64,000 bases of DNA. Source: Octopus sinensis (lineage: Eukaryota). Where the stretch lies: contig NC_043004.1 in the NCBI RefSeq assembly GCF_006345805.1, positions 39,990,001 through 40,054,000 on the forward strand, given 5' to 3'. Made by a program: the position numbers and the translations under genes. Positions 11,837 to 25,639 of the stretch are shown here, one piece after another. The stretch's first letter is position 1. Every line of letters starts with the position of its first letter. The notes below the pieces were generated by a model. That model ran no database searches. It saw only the letters and a program-made list of their open reading frames with translations, and was not told the DNA's origin.

Positions 11837-12998
11837 AGTAGTGAAATAGTGAAATTTAAATTAACTTAAACTATTTGAACCTACAAAAACACAGATATGA
11901 AGCTGGAAAAGCTGTGGTTGTTACAGTTATATATATATACATACAAATTTCAGTTTCCGTCAAACAAATTCACTCATGGGGCTTTGGTTGGCCTGAGGCT
12001 ATAGTAGAAGACACTTGCCCCAGATGCCACACAGCGGAACTGAACCCGGAGCCATATGGTTGGGATGCAAGGTTCTTACCACACAGCCACATATGCACCT
12101 ATATGTTATATGTGTAAGCTTCACATTAACCCTGATTGAGCAAATTTGTGACTAAAGACAATCCAATTGTTAACATCTCGTCTTCTTTATGGATACCTAG
12201 AAGTATAATATTTAATGTGACCTTTCAATTTTAATATAACACAGCAAAGATGCTTTGAGGGAGATTTTGCTGCTATTTCTAAGAGATCAATAGATTGCAT
12301 AAGAGGTTTTCCTAAAGTAGAAACACTGAGAAATGAATGAACACCACAAATTTTTATTCTGCTTGTATAAACAAAAACCTAGAGGCCACAGAGAAATCAA
12401 TATTTTCTTTTTAAAAATAAAATTTTCTAAAATTCAAATAAAAAAAAAGTATATATATGCCTTCATGTTTATATTCCTTCATGTTTATATTCAGAACACA
12501 AGACACAGCAGATGGATTGTGCACACGTTGCACATGTGTGCACAACCCCCCCCCACACACACACACCACATATACGTACGTACGTACATACATACATACA
12601 TACATAAATACATACATACACACACACACACACATACATACACACATACATACATACATAAGACAGCTTCTACACTGATTATTGATAGTCAATGCTTGAA
12701 TACATCATGACATTTCATTGCAGACCTGAACTATAACAGAATTTCTTGCTTCAACAAACAAATCACTTTTTTGAGAAATGTCACACAATATTCCATTCCT
12801 CCCTACCTTGGAGGATTTTTTTCTTCTTTTCTCTAACTCTTAAAAATTTTTTTTTTTTTTTGTTCTTTTAAAACCAAATGTTTGCTAACTCATTAATCAG
12901 GAAAATGCCAAGATTAGTGTGCAACTGTGCATGTACAAGTTTGTGCACTAATGTGCAAATAATACCAAGAAAATGAATTAAAATATAAATAGAATTAC

Positions 12999-13128
12999 TG
13001 ATTTCAAACAGACAATGTCTTCTCGATATTTTCCCCCCAGTAATTCCAACATAAGTTCATTCTGACTTGTTGCTTCTGATGTGGCACCAGAAAGGTTGGT
13101 TCGCCCGCTTACTAACTGGTTCTTCTCA
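12999..13128 (-). CDS. candidate 130-nt exon (3n+1, phase 2 to 0)
   Basis: gtctgtaaagcag|T GAG AAG...AAA TCA|gtaatt; open frame EKNQLVSGRTNLSGATSEATSQNELMLELLGGKYREDIVCLKS in unique sequence. Confidence 0.45.
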
Positions 13129-13474
13129 CTGCTTTACAGACTGACAACATGTAATAACATTTACATGAACTCCATTTACTAACCTCTGTGAGCCTGTATG
13201 CAGTTAGTTAACTTGCAAGAGGTAACAGCAAAATCTCCCTCAAATTACAACCTGCCATCTTCAGTGATGAACACTCTGGACAAATGTAGTCCCACGAATA
13301 TGAAAATAACAGAATGGCCACAGCTGGAACGTCTCTGGTCATACCTTGCCAGATAACTTGGAGCTACACAACAACTAACTAGTTCAAAATTAACAAGGCT
13401 AATCTTATTCACTGCCATCATTATGATTCTGTTTGTTACAGAGTACAACATGCCTCAATCAAAACAATAGCAAA

Positions 13475-13871
13475 TCTTTATATATAAAAGTCAAGTTGTG
13501 TGTCTGTCTCCTACGATTTAGATTCCTAACTACTCCCACATTTTGCGGTGCAGTTTAACCAAAACCGGGTATCTTATAGTCGTGATTCATATCGAGCCCT
13601 TCTGGGTATTAGCGCGCGTCTACGATGAGTCTACGATTTAAAAAAAAATTTACCATCATTTTTTCCATTTTAATGCATTTTTTCGCTATTATATAAGGGA
13701 AGTAACTCTCTAAAAATGTCTACGATGAGTCAACGATTTAAAACAAAAATTTACCATCATTTTTTTCCCATTTTTAATGCATTTTTTGCTATTTTTTGGC
13801 TATAACTCTCTAAAAATGCTTATATAGTTATTTCCCTTACAAACCCGAGCAACGCCGGGCGATACTGCTAG
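13475..13871 (+). mobile_element. non-autonomous Helitron
   Basis: A|TC 5' end; 3' GC hairpin cccgagcaacgccggg (13844-13859) then CTAG|T; no TSD; internal ~115-bp tandem duplication. Confidence 0.85.
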
Positions 13872-14517
13872 TAATACATAAATAACTGCTGCTTGTTCTG
13901 TCAGTTTTCATCAACTTATACATAATAATATGGCATGCCATACCATGTAGGCATGATGTTGCAGATATGGAAATTTCGCAACAGGTTTGATTCTAGTTGA
14001 ATCCTCTCCCCCCTCTCCCCCACACTCCTTCAATTTGTAATTTGAGCTTTTAATTATATGCAGTGTCAACTTGACCACCAGGCTGATACAATATATAATT
14101 AAAGCTTCAATAGTCCACCTCCCAACCACTACAACAGAAGACTGGGAGGCCTCTACACTGTCATGCAACATGCTAGACAGAGCAGCTGAATATCTCTCAA
14201 AACACACCCTTATACAAAGAATATGCTTGTTAACAGCTAACCAAAATGTTAGGTTCTCTAACCACTAATCCGCTAACGAAAAAAGTTAGCTTTGGAAACA
14301 CTAATCTGCTAAACAGGTATAAAATATTAGCAGGAGCTACCACTAACTTTTATCATATGAATTTAGCTTTGGTTTGGTTTTTGGACCCTAAAACCCCTAG
14401 AAACAGACCTCGAGAGGTGAAATTTTCATGTTGTAGCTTAGAGATAGAACTTTTCAAAAAGGTATAGCATGCCACGATCAGATGATGATCAAGGTGTATG
14501 CAAATATTAAACGAACA

Positions 14518-14920
14518 GGCGCAGGAGTGGCTGTGTGGTAAGTAGCTTGCTTACCAACCACATGGTTCCGGGTTCAGTCCCACTGCGTGGCATCTTGGGC
14601 AAGTGTCTTTTACTATAGCCTCAGGCCGACCAAAGCCTTGAGTCGATTTGGTAGATGGAAACTGAAAGAAGCCCGTCATTATATGTATATATATATATGT
14701 GTGTGTGTGTGTGTTGTGTGTGTGTGTGTATGTTTGTGTGCCTGTGTTTGTCCCCCTAGCATTGCTTGACAACCGATGCTGGTGTGTTTACGTTGCCGTC
14801 ACTTAGCGATAAGTACTGGGCTTACAAAGAATAAGTCCCAGGGCCGATTTGCTCAACTAAAGGCGGTGCTCCAGCATGGCCACAGTCAAATGACTGAAAC
14901 AAGAAAAAAGAGTAAAAGAG
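14518..14920 (+). mobile_element. tRNA-derived SINE family A, full length
   Basis: A-box-like tggctgtgtgg, B-box-like gggttcagtccc, internal (TA)/(TG) tract, A-rich gtaaaaga-type tail; roughly 15 copies or fragments in the window. Confidence 0.9.
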
Positions 14921-14984
14921 AACAAATGAAATTAAACATTTAAGTTTTCAGTCAACATACACTTTGTTTACTGAACAAGACGTA

Positions 14985-15213
14985 TTAACCCTTTAGCATT
15001 CAAACCGGCCATATCCGGCCAGAATATTTAACCTGTTTTATATTGAATCTGACCAGAGCTTGCCACTCACCTCAGCCCTATCATGTCATTCTAAAACTAA
15101 AAAAACCACATTACTGCAATCTCTAAACTACAAGATAATACATGATTAATTCAAAACAATATAAATAAACAAACATCACATTTGACAGAATAATCTGAAT
15201 ACTAAAGGGTTAA
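14985..15213. mobile_element. piggyBac-like MITE (family P1)
   Basis: TTAA-ccctttagcattca ... tgaatactaaaggg-TTAA. Confidence 0.8.
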
Positions 15214-15579
15214 ACAAGTTTCTTACAGTTCAGGATTTGGCAACAACTGTTATATCTGTGGTAGTTAAGTCCTCATTCAGTCTAAATAACAATTTAATAT
15301 ATGTCAGACAACTAAAACTGTGAGAGCTCTTGTTCTTAAACCAGTTTGTCCATGGCTCTTTTAAAATATTTTTCTAGCTTCAACATTTATCATGTGTCCA
15401 ACTGAAATGGCATGACCATACAGTCAAGAAATAAACTTTGTTACCAAATAGTTTCTATATTTAATGACACTGCATGTCACCTTCAGCAAGAGTCTTCTAT
15501 CATAGCTTTGCATAGTCCAACAAAAACCATACAAAAGTCAGTCAGATGAAAGAACTGATACTTTTGATGTGTGGTGGAC

Positions 15580-15804
15580 TTAACCCTTTTGTTACTAACC
15601 CGGCCAAAACCGGCTCTGGCTCTGTGGTAAAATGTCTTGTTTCCATAAGTTTTGAATTAAAATATTCCAAGCCATAGTCACAATTTACGTTCCTAACACT
15701 AGCTTAATGATAACTAAGTTATTTTACTAAATTCTTTGTTATATTTAAAATAATTGAAAGAAACACAGAGTATCTCAAAATAAATACAGTAACGAAAGGG
15801 TTAA
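15580..15804. mobile_element. piggyBac-like MITE (family P2)
   Basis: TTAA-cccttttgttact ... agtaacgaaaggg-TTAA. Confidence 0.8.
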
Positions 15805-16635
15805 TCCATCACCAGATTAACAACTATAACAAGCACCTAGACTTTTGGGTATCTTGATCACAGTCTTCTCTGTTGGAAACATTGAGCACAAACATCCAAT
15901 CTGAAGATAACCTCTATTAGTCAAAGTTTCTTACACTTCCTCATCAGTCTCAAATACCTTTAAAAATCTAAGCTTATGGATACTGCCCTGCCTTATCTGA
16001 CTAAGTTATACACACAAAGTTAATACATTATATTATGAAGCAGCTGGGTCTGAAATGAACAGAAATATGTGGAGAAGAAATCCAAAGAGCATCATATATT
16101 CTCTTACTGATTGCACTGATTGGACTGGCCATGTTGGAGCACCATTTGCAAGAACTTTTCCCAATTATGTCAACCCCATCATTTTTGTATACATTTCGTA
16201 CTCAGAGAAAAATAGAAAACAACTGATACGGATTGAAGTACCACAAGGTATTTTCATTTGATGTCCCAATGTTTTTGCCATTCAATGCACAAACATTCCA
16301 TACACAAACATATATACACATATCCAAAGAGCAATTCCCATTTACTAAATTTTACTCGCAAAGCATTGGTCAAACCAAAGCTACGATAGAAGACATTCAC
16401 CTGCAGTACCAAGCTGTACTAAGATCAAACCAAAACTATATGACTGTAATGAACTTCTTAAACGGTTGTGTGCATGTATGCTTGTGTTTTAATGGATCAT
16501 TTTAATGTAATCTAGCTCAGCTAAATCACATTTCATTACAACCTGCACGAAGAAAGCTAAATTCTGTGACATTCTATTCCCAACCTTACTCAGTTGCATT
16601 AACAAGAGAGAAGATCTTTATTCTTTTGATCTCAC

Positions 16636-16729
16636 CTCAATTTTGTATTATCAGAAGCATTTACAGAACCATCAATAGCCACAATGTCATTTACGGCATA
16701 CTTAGAAGGTCTTTCATTTTAAACTCAAT
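16636..16729 (-). CDS. candidate exon with two donors (28 or 94 nt, both 3n+1)
   Basis: tgcattctctttgttgacttcag|ATTGAG...; donors CTAA|gtatgc (after 16702) and GAG|gtgaga (after 16636). The 94-nt form has stops in all frames. Confidence 0.4.
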
Positions 16730-17095
16730 CTGAAGTCAACAAAGAGAATGCAATAACGATATAGATTGAACTGTAAGTGGTGGGCTGGACATCACAACAG
16801 ACAGACTGACAGTTGTCTGCACTGCTATGGCTGTATGATGTCAATGAATGTACGTAGTGTACAAATGGAGAAAAATGTTATAGGATGACATGTATTTGAA
16901 ATAACAACAATTAATGGAAAGGATATAACAAACTACTGTTAGTGGAACCAATGTATAATTAAAATAATGTTTCATTAACTTGTAGTATTTAATTCAAGAC
17001 TTCTTGTAGACCTGACAGAATTAAAATATTTTTTCTTCCCATAAATGTTTCTAGATGTTTCTATTACCACAACCACCAGGAATCAAAAGTGAACA

Positions 17096-17505
17096 GGCGC
17101 AGGAGTGGCTTTGTGGTAAGTAGCTTGCTTAGCAACCACATGGTTCCAGGTTCAGTCCCACTGCGTGGCATCTTGGGCAAATGTCTTCTACTATAGCCTT
17201 GAGCCGACCAAAGCCTTGTGAGTGGATTTGGTAGACGGAAACTGAAAGAAGCCTGTCGTATATATGTATATATATCTGTGTGTATATCTTTGTGTGTCCC
17301 CTCCAACATCGTTTGACAACCGATGCTGGTGTGTTTACATCCCCGTAACTTAACAGTTCGGCAAAAGAGACCGATAGAATATGTACTGGGCTTAGAAAGA
17401 ATAAGTCCTGGAGTCGATTTGCTCAACTAAAGGCGGTGCTCCAGCATGGCCGCAGTCAAATGACTGAAACAAGTAAAAGAGTAAAGAGTAAAGAGTAAAA
17501 GAGTA
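17096..17505 (+). mobile_element. tRNA-derived SINE family A, full length
   Basis: Closely similar to 14518-14920; (gtaaaaga)n tail. Confidence 0.9.
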
Positions 17506-19223
17506 AGTCATGGTAATGTTGTTGATATTCTGTTAGGAAACAAATTTAATTTTTAATTTAAGGATTTTTAAAATCCCTCCTATAAAAGACAAGCTGGCTA
17601 AAAGCTGTCACATAACGAACCACTTAATTAGAAAACAAAAGTAAAGGCAAACCAGCAGGAGAGCTTCTCTGCAGTTATTCAACCTACTACAAGCTGAATG
17701 ACCAAATGACTAAGGGACGCTCAAGTCATGCGATACATTCTTCAGCAATGCTGTCTTTGATATATAAAAGCACAAGATGACTTTAATCATAGGTCTGCTG
17801 GACCAAGGTTGATCTACGACTAAAACACAAACATTTGATGGTGCAGACGTAGATACACTATGTCAGATTAAAAGGAAGCATGGTCACAGCTGAGATGGCT
17901 CAGATAAGACTGATCTAGGACTATACAATATCAAATGCAAAAGCTGTCCAAACAGGTAAGCTCAAGTCAGTAATCAACCTCGATAAAGACTGATTCAAGT
18001 GCCTGATCAGTCGATTTATTAGCTTAAAGGCTTTGGTCTCATTCTACACAAAAGTCCTTCAAGTATAGTCAACAATGCATCCAAGTATACTCAGAAATGC
18101 CAGGGAATCTGTTAATAGTTGAAGCATCAGTCTTATCATCAATTAGTGTGAACAGTGGTTTCTGAATTAAACAGCCATTCTCTTATTTTAAAACATCCTT
18201 ATTATAGCAGCCAGTTTTGTCATTAAAAACAGCAGGATTATTCCAACCACTTTAGTTATTAAAACATCACACTAAAATTAAATGTGTTGGCAAATATGTG
18301 TCCAGAACAGCTGCATGCATTCCTATAATCAGTGTAATTCTAGATTTGAACAGTAGGTTGTAAAGTATAGCTTAAGACCTACTGGTAAATTGCTAACATT
18401 GATACAAGACTTGTATACTTAAAAGGGAACAGGTGTAGTTTATTTAATTAATGAATTAATTAGTAGCATATTTCTGCTACTTATTTTATCAATTCTGGAA
18501 CTTGAAGAGATGTTAATTAAATCCTGCAAGGCTTTTTTTGTTTGATTCCTTCACCTACTAATCAATTCTTTTATCAATGAGTCTGCAAGGAATCCTTTAT
18601 GTGGTTGCTTAATCTGCTAGAAGTAGCAACCAAATTTGCCTCAAAATACACCCTGGCATCTTAATTTATGTATTAAACAATAAACATAAATAAGTAATGG
18701 CCACTGAATGCTTTTGATCACAGACTAGTCTAAACAACAACATACTATTATTAAGTCTATCAGGAAGCTTAAATTACAAGCAAATGTAGCCAAATCTTCT
18801 TTAAATCACCTTCTATAATCATAAAAAGGGAACAATATATTAGATTATGTTGTCCAAGATGCACTATGTCTAAGGAAAATAAAAAATCTAGAATGACTGA
18901 TCACAAATCTATTTAACTAGAGCTAATATGGGGCTAAACAACAACATAAATATTAACATACTTTCTTCAATATATACAAGAGTGTGTGTATATAGAGAGA
19001 TACACACACATGAATTTATGTATGTATGTATGTATGTATTTTAGTATGTATGTACGTACGTATTTTATATAGGTGCAAGTCCACAAATTTCTGGAGACGG
19101 ATATTGTTAATTGAACTAATCTCCACAGTTACCTAGTGAGCACTTAGTTTCTGTTGCTCTGCTGAAGCAAAGATTCAATATGTACTACTCTAATGCACTA
19201 TACACTTGAGTAGTATTTCTTAC

Positions 19224-19230
19224 TCCAAAT
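19224..19230 (-). CDS. candidate 7-nt microexon (3n+1)
   Basis: ccttaac-atgtgtctgtag|ATTTGGA|gtaaga. Confidence 0.4.
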
Positions 19231-19391
19231 CTACAGACACATGTTAAGGAAAGGCGAAAGTGTGTGACATTTGTGACGTTCTGATATGTGACATTCATGT
19301 TGTTTTCAAAAGACTTAACAAGCCAATTGCAGTGAAACTGCTACAAGATAACATCAAAAATACACACCAGATTTGGCTAACTGGAAGCTTT

Positions 19392-19697
19392 TTTGTTTGT
19401 TCCTTCTCGAACCATGCCTGGCTCATAAGGGCCGGTTTCCCGGTTTCTTGGCGTATAGGTTCCTCACCTGGACAGGACGCTGGTCCATCACAGGTGAGCT
19501 GCAAGATGCAGGAGGAAAGAGTGAGGGAAAGTTGTGGAGAAAGAGTCAGCAGAAGTTTCGCCATTACCTTCTGCCGGAGCCGCGTGGAGCTTAGGTGTTT
19601 TGCTCAAAAAAACACACTCATCGCCCGGTCTGAGATTCGAACCCGCGATCCCTCGGCCATGAGTCTGCTGCTCTAACCACTAGGCCATGTGCCTCCA
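19392..19697 (-). mobile_element. tRNA-derived SINE family C
   Basis: tRNA-like head tggcctagtggttagagc...gggttcgaatctc; (AAC)n-like tail; sisters at 21240-21547 and 39965-40265. Confidence 0.85.
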
Positions 19698-20076
19698 CAA
19701 ACTGGAAGCTTGCTACTACACCACAGCCCCTAGAGAGAATGTAGGTAAATTTTTCTTTGTTTTTTTTTGTTTTTTTGGTTGTTTTTTTTTTTTTTACTAG
19801 CTTTGCACATCGCTCTTTCCTTCCTGTTTCAACTTTCAATCACAGTTGAGCCCAGGAAGTCTATTCAATCAGAAAAATATCAGCTCTGAATTTACTAACA
19901 TTCCAGATGTTGCTACAACTTCCTAATACAGTTGGCATCAGATATTATCTGGTAAGATTATATCTGTAGCTATGCCAACTAGAACACATGCCAGTTGAAG
20001 GTGAATGTGGTAAATATTTGGTATTATTTGATTTATTCCTTTTATTATCAGTTTACCTGAGACTGTTCATGATTTC

Positions 20077-20337
20077 ATCATCATCGTTTAACGCCCGTTT
20101 TCCATGCTAGCATGGGTTGGACAGTTTGACCGGGGTCTGGGAAGCCAGGAGGCTGCACCAGGCTCCAGTCTGATCTGGCAGAGTTTCTACAGCTGGATGC
20201 CCTTCCAAACGCCAACCACTCCGTGAGTGTAGTGGGTGCTTTTTACGTGCCACCGGCACAAGTGCCAGGGGAGGCGGGCAGCGGCCATGATTGGTTGGTG
20301 CTTTTTATGTGCCACCGGCACAGAAGCCAGTCAAGGC
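20077..20337 (-). mobile_element. SINE-like family B
   Basis: Same tail and core as 8692-9170. Confidence 0.8.
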
Positions 20338-21239
20338 AAAAATGAAAAATAAACTATGCATTTTAAATTGTTCATATTTAAATTTAACCCTTCCACTATA
20401 ACTTTCAATAAGAACCTTTTAAATTATATTACAACGTTTACATCTGGAAAACCCTTAAGTTCAAAGACTAATAGCCTAAACCCCAGTTTCAGACCACATG
20501 TAGAGATGAATGTCTTCCTGATAAGTGCTAGTGCTGCATGCTTCCTCAGATCATGGTTCTTTGTTCATCCACCCTTCATCCTTACCCTATTTAGCAGTCT
20601 GCCTCCCCATACCCTCATTCTCCTTTCCATACAATCTTGTAAACTGCCCACCCACTTTTACTCAACTTGTGCCACATGGGGTCACTTGGGCATCTCGTTG
20701 CCATTATCTATTATCTATCGCTTGCAGTTCCTACTGATCTTTTTTCTTTCTCTCTCCTTCTTCCCCTACCAGATATGAGTAGCCATACAGACCCCTCTAC
20801 AAGAACCTGCCCAGCCCCACACTTCTCACAGTAATCCCCTTGATTACTACAAAGCTGTCCCCACTCCCAATCTCTTCCACAACTTGTTCATCCTGCAAAC
20901 TACATTGTGGCTTCAATAGTGCAGGGGGTATGAAAAAGTACCCAGTCCATGGTGTGAAGTGGTCAAGTGGTTGGTATTAGGAAGGGCATCTAGCCTAAGA
21001 ACTATGCCAAAGTAAACAATGGATCACACTGCACTCCTGGGACACATTGGATCCTGTCAAACCATTCAACCCATGCAAGCATGGATCACAGATTCTGATG
21101 ATGATGACGATTGCATTCAGGTTAACTCTTGTCAAATCTGCAGTCAACACCTGCCAAGGTTCTGCTGCTCGTCAGGCTGAGAAAAGCAAACTCAAGGTAT
21201 GAGTCACTCTCCAACAAGTTTATGGCTGAACCTGTGGCA

Positions 21240-21547
21240 GTTGTTGTTTGTTCCTTCTCGAGCCATGCCTGGCTCATAAGGGCCAGTTTCCCGGTTTCTT
21301 TGTCGTATAGGTTCCCCACCTGGATGGGACGCAGGTCCATCGCAGGTGAGCTGCAAGATGCAGGAGGAAAGAGTGAGAGAAAGTTGTGGCGAAAGAGTCA
21401 GCAGAAGTTTGCCATTACCTTCTGCCGGAGCCGCGTGGAGCTTAGGTATTTCGCTCATAAACACACACATCACACGGTCTGAGATTTGAACCCGCGATCC
21501 CTCGACGGCGAGTCCGCTGCTCTAACCACTAGGCCATGTGCCTCCAC
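21240..21547 (-). mobile_element. tRNA-derived SINE family C
   Basis: Closely similar to 19392-19697. Confidence 0.85.
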
Positions 21548-21819
21548 AGCCTGTGGCAGTAGACATCCAGCATTCTTGGCACCCAGATTATATCCCTGCT
21601 CACCACTATCAGGGCAGAGATGGCTGTCTGCAAGTGACAGCCCCCATGAGTCAGAGTGGCTGTTCCAGTGTATCTCCCTTGCCATCTTCCACGGCAAACA
21701 TTTTGTTTGCTGGAGTCATGAGAAATGTTTCTATATTGTGAGAAGCAAGTTTTGTTTTCAAAATTAATACAAATAACGACAGGGTACTTCATTAGCATAA
21801 AAAATAAGCCACCTGGTAG

Positions 21820-22540
21820 TAGCTGTTTACTATGTTTCCCACAAAAGAGATACTGGATTTAGAATATATTGAAAGAACAACTCATAATATTCACATTAAA
21901 AATGTGCTTAACAGAGCCTCAGCAAATGCTGATGCTCTACTAAGCAAACTCAGTGTTGCAGCACCTGCAATGGTAGGAAAAATGCAGGATTGATTGCACT
22001 TATGAAAAGCAGTCCCCTCTTTCGATAGATCTCCCTGTTCATTGCATTATTCATCATAAACACATGGCAGCCAGGTGCTTCCAGTATGAAGATGTTATGC
22101 TTAAATGAGAAAAACTTATGAACATTTCAGAAATTTCATTGAAGAACAGGAGCTAAAAGATAAACCCACTGATGTCTCTATCTATTTGCAGTGTGAGACG
22201 GTTGTCAACCTGCAATGCCTTAAGTAGGTTTGTAGATCCGTTGGAGCCTGTTATTACTTTTCTATTAAGAACTGATTCTATCTTCAATTGGAATATGATG
22301 AATGGATGTAAGATATGCCGTTTCTTACTAATAAAATGAATTATCTACAAACTCTCAATTTTATGCTCCAGGAGAAGGATAAGATTGATTCTGATCTTAC
22401 TAAGATGAATCTCTGCTATCGGAATAAAAATAAGTTTTTCAAAGAGACTAATACTGTCAAGAAACTTCAGTCACTTTCCCTATCTCAGTAAGAGAGTCAA
22501 TATATTCTCTGGTATTAAAATAAAAGCCAACACTGGATAC
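21820..22540 (+). pseudogene. hAT (Buster/Charlie-like) transposase remnant
   Basis: Frameshifted translation gives APAMVGK..GLIALMK, PVHCIIHHKHMAA (CxxH), CSVRRLSTCNALSRF (VRWLS-like) and FLT..MNYLQTLNFMLQ, in the order expected for hAT transposases. Confidence 0.8.
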
Positions 22541-22600
22541 AATAGATGAGGTTAGTGGAAATGTATTCAAAACAGTCAGGGACGTGAAATTAGGTTACAG

Positions 22601-22601
<1 letters not shown>

Positions 22602-22632
<31 letters not shown>

Positions 22633-22985
22633 GTTTAACGTCCGCTTTCCATGCTAGTAAGGGTTGGACGGTTCAACTGGGGTCTGGGAAGTCAGAAGGC
22701 TGAACCAGGCCCAGTCTGATCAGGCAGTGTTTCTACAGCTGGATGCCTTTCCTAATGCCAACCACTCTGTGAATGTAGTGGGTGCTCTTTACGTGCCACC
22801 GGCACAGGTGCCAGACGAGGCTGGTAACGGCCACGATCGGATGGTGCTTTTTACGTGCCACCGGCACAGAGGCCAGTCGGGGCGGTGCTGGCAACGGCCA
22901 CGTTCGGATGGTTCTCTTACGTGCTACCGGCACTGGTATCACAACTACAATTTCCATTGATTTTGATCGATTTTGATTTCACTTG
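22602..22985 (-). mobile_element. SINE-like family B
   Basis: (CAT)n tail, core and tandem motifs. Confidence 0.85.
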
Positions 22986-25506
22986 CCCCGGGGATAAAGG
23001 CACAAGTGCAGTAAACAGAACAGAAGCATTTAACACTTTAGCATTTAAACTGGCCAAATTTGGCACAAATGTTCTACTAGTCTTTCACACCTATCCTACA
23101 ATGTCATTCTAAAAAATAAGTCACATCATCAAAATCTCGAAGCTATGAGATAATGGATAATTAATTCAAAACAATGTAAATAAATAAGCATTACATTTGA
23201 CAGAGTAATCTGAAGTGAATTAGTTAAAAGTGCTGAGCAATGTAACTGAATTCCTGAAGGGGTTGCACAATGAACAAATTATTTTACTATATTCTTTCAA
23301 ATTCTTGAATAAGTTCAAAATTCATAAAAAATTTTTTTTTTGTATGATGGGAGGGTCACATTACCAAAAAATTCACATGTACTGATTGCAGTTAACTTCA
23401 GTTTTATTATCGATTAATTAAATAGTAAGTCAATAGACAGATAATCTCATTAACAATATGTTCTGAAAGCTAATAAATTGATTTCAATCATATCTAAATA
23501 TTTATTATAGTATATTTTTCAAATTTTAGCTTTTGATTATTTGACATTCACTTTTTAAAACTACAATGGAATGGACGTTTGATTCTTCTAAATTTGAATA
23601 TTTATACATTGAACCACGAAGGGAGTCTCTATGGTACTACTCAGCTTCTAGATATAGCAGCCAAATCTCCCTCAAAATCACACAAATACTAAAGAAAAAA
23701 GGCACATTCAATAATGTAATCCTAGGTGCACTATGTTGTAATAAACAGAAAAAGAAAAGATATTTCAAGGGTGGACTGTCTTTGATTATAGATCTGCTTA
23801 ATCAGAACTGATCACAGAATAAATAAGAACAAGAACCGATTATTATACTGCACTACTCAGAACGGTCATCATCATTGTCACTTTACATCCACTTTTCCAT
23901 GCCTACATGGGTCAGATGGTGTTTTACAGGGGCAGATTTTCTACAACCAGATGCTCTTCCTGGTGCCAACCCATAATTGTTTCCAAGCAAGATAATATTT
24001 TCCCATGACCTGACATGTTTTCAAAGAATAAAGGAAACAGATAACATTCATTCATAATTATCACACAATGTTAAGACAAGGAGACATAAACATATACACA
24101 TGTCATTTAATATACACAGGATCAGGCCTTGAAAATTTGCAAGACATTATATTGTCTGACAATTGTACTATCGGAGCTTGAAACTTATGGTAGCTCAAAT
24201 TTAAATTCCTCGTATATAAAATGAATTTTATTTCCCATTGGATGGAGTATTTTTTTTTTGTTGATCACACACACACATTTAAATACATATAAACAAATAC
24301 ATATGCACACGCAAACACACACACACACAATGGCCTTCTCCCACTTTCCATCTACCAAAATCCACTCCGAAGGCTTTTGTTGGCATGGGGCTTTAATAGA
24401 AAGCACTTGGCCATGGTGCCAAGCAGTCCAAGCAGTGGGAGTGAACCCCGGAACGATGAGGTTGGAAGCAAACTTCTTAACCACACAACCATGACATAAG
24501 TTCAAATCTTACTGTAGCCATTGTGTTGCCAAGCCAAGTGAAGTCTGAGTATGTAATTTATCAACTTTGTAAAATAAAACATTTGTGTGCAATGAAACCA
24601 GAGATTCTGGGCAGGGCACTTCCTTGATAAAAACGGTATAATTCAGCCTTGTTCTTGTCTGCTTGACTAACAAAATGGGTTATACACTAACTTAATGCAA
24701 TGAAAAAGTTCTATATGATTGTACAACCTGCTAGAAATAGTAGTCAAATCTTTCAAATATCACTCAACCGCTTTTAAAAACAAGGAAGGATGTGTTGAAT
24801 AATGTTCTCTTTGATTTTTTTCCTCTGAAATAAAGTGAGTGAAATGGCGATGACAAGAATACCTTCAATCATAGGTTTATTCAAACAGGGCTAACTTGGG
24901 ATTAAACAATAGCAGATTAGCGACTGATGGACTACAAGTAAGAAGAGCGACCAGCTTTTAAAATGAGTACTCTATCAGAAACTAAATTCAATCACTCCAG
25001 CAAGAGAAACAATAGTAAAACCAACAATGCCACAGCTAATGTTAATGAGGATGAATAATCTAATTAGAAAGAATTATGTGGTGGGGAAAAGACAACGTTA
25101 GCTTACTGATTAATAATGTTTTGAATCAGTCCCAGAAAGTACAGGAGATGACTCCATATGAAGACAAACAAGTGTGATAAAATTGATTTATGGCAGCTAT
25201 TTCTAGCAAGTCAAGTGACCACAGAGAAGTTACAAACAGGCACAATGTTACTGGCTTCAAAAGTAGTAGCAGTAGCGGCAGTGGTGATGGTGTTTGTTAG
25301 GACAGTCAGTGCAGTCCATCTTAGTAAAACAAACAAAAAACAACAGTTTGCGAGTTGAAGGAGTTGAGTTCAAATTCTGTGAGAATCAAGGCAGCCTTAG
25401 AAGATTCTGCTAGACTTAACTTTGCCCAACTATCTGAACATATTGAAAACAGATTTAGGCAAAAAAAAAAAGGGGGGGGGGAATCCTATATGAAGAATTC
25501 AATTAT

Positions 25507-25639
25507 CTACCCACACCATTTTATATCATAATGATAAGACTTCCACAGACATTCAATAAACAAACTCTGAAACATAGATAAGCTCATTCGCTTGTGCTGA
25601 AGCTCGGCAGCCAGATGTAGTTTGTCATACCCAAACTTT
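25507..25639 (-). CDS. candidate exon (terminal or internal)
   Basis: (CT)n-tcttcaatatcttcag|A AAG TTT GGG...; phase-2 frame KFGYDKLHLAAELQHKRMSLSMFQSLFIECLWKSYHYDIKWCG*; phase-1 frame xSLGMTNYIWLPSFSTSE*. Confidence 0.45.

Noticed and set aside
19620-19697. tRNA gene-like sequence (also in other SINE heads)
   Set aside because: No complete cloverleaf evident; it continues into the SINE body and tail.
22449-22470. 11-nt match to the miR-8 5' end (TAATACTGTCA)
   Set aside because: No hairpin, and it lies inside the hAT transposase remnant.
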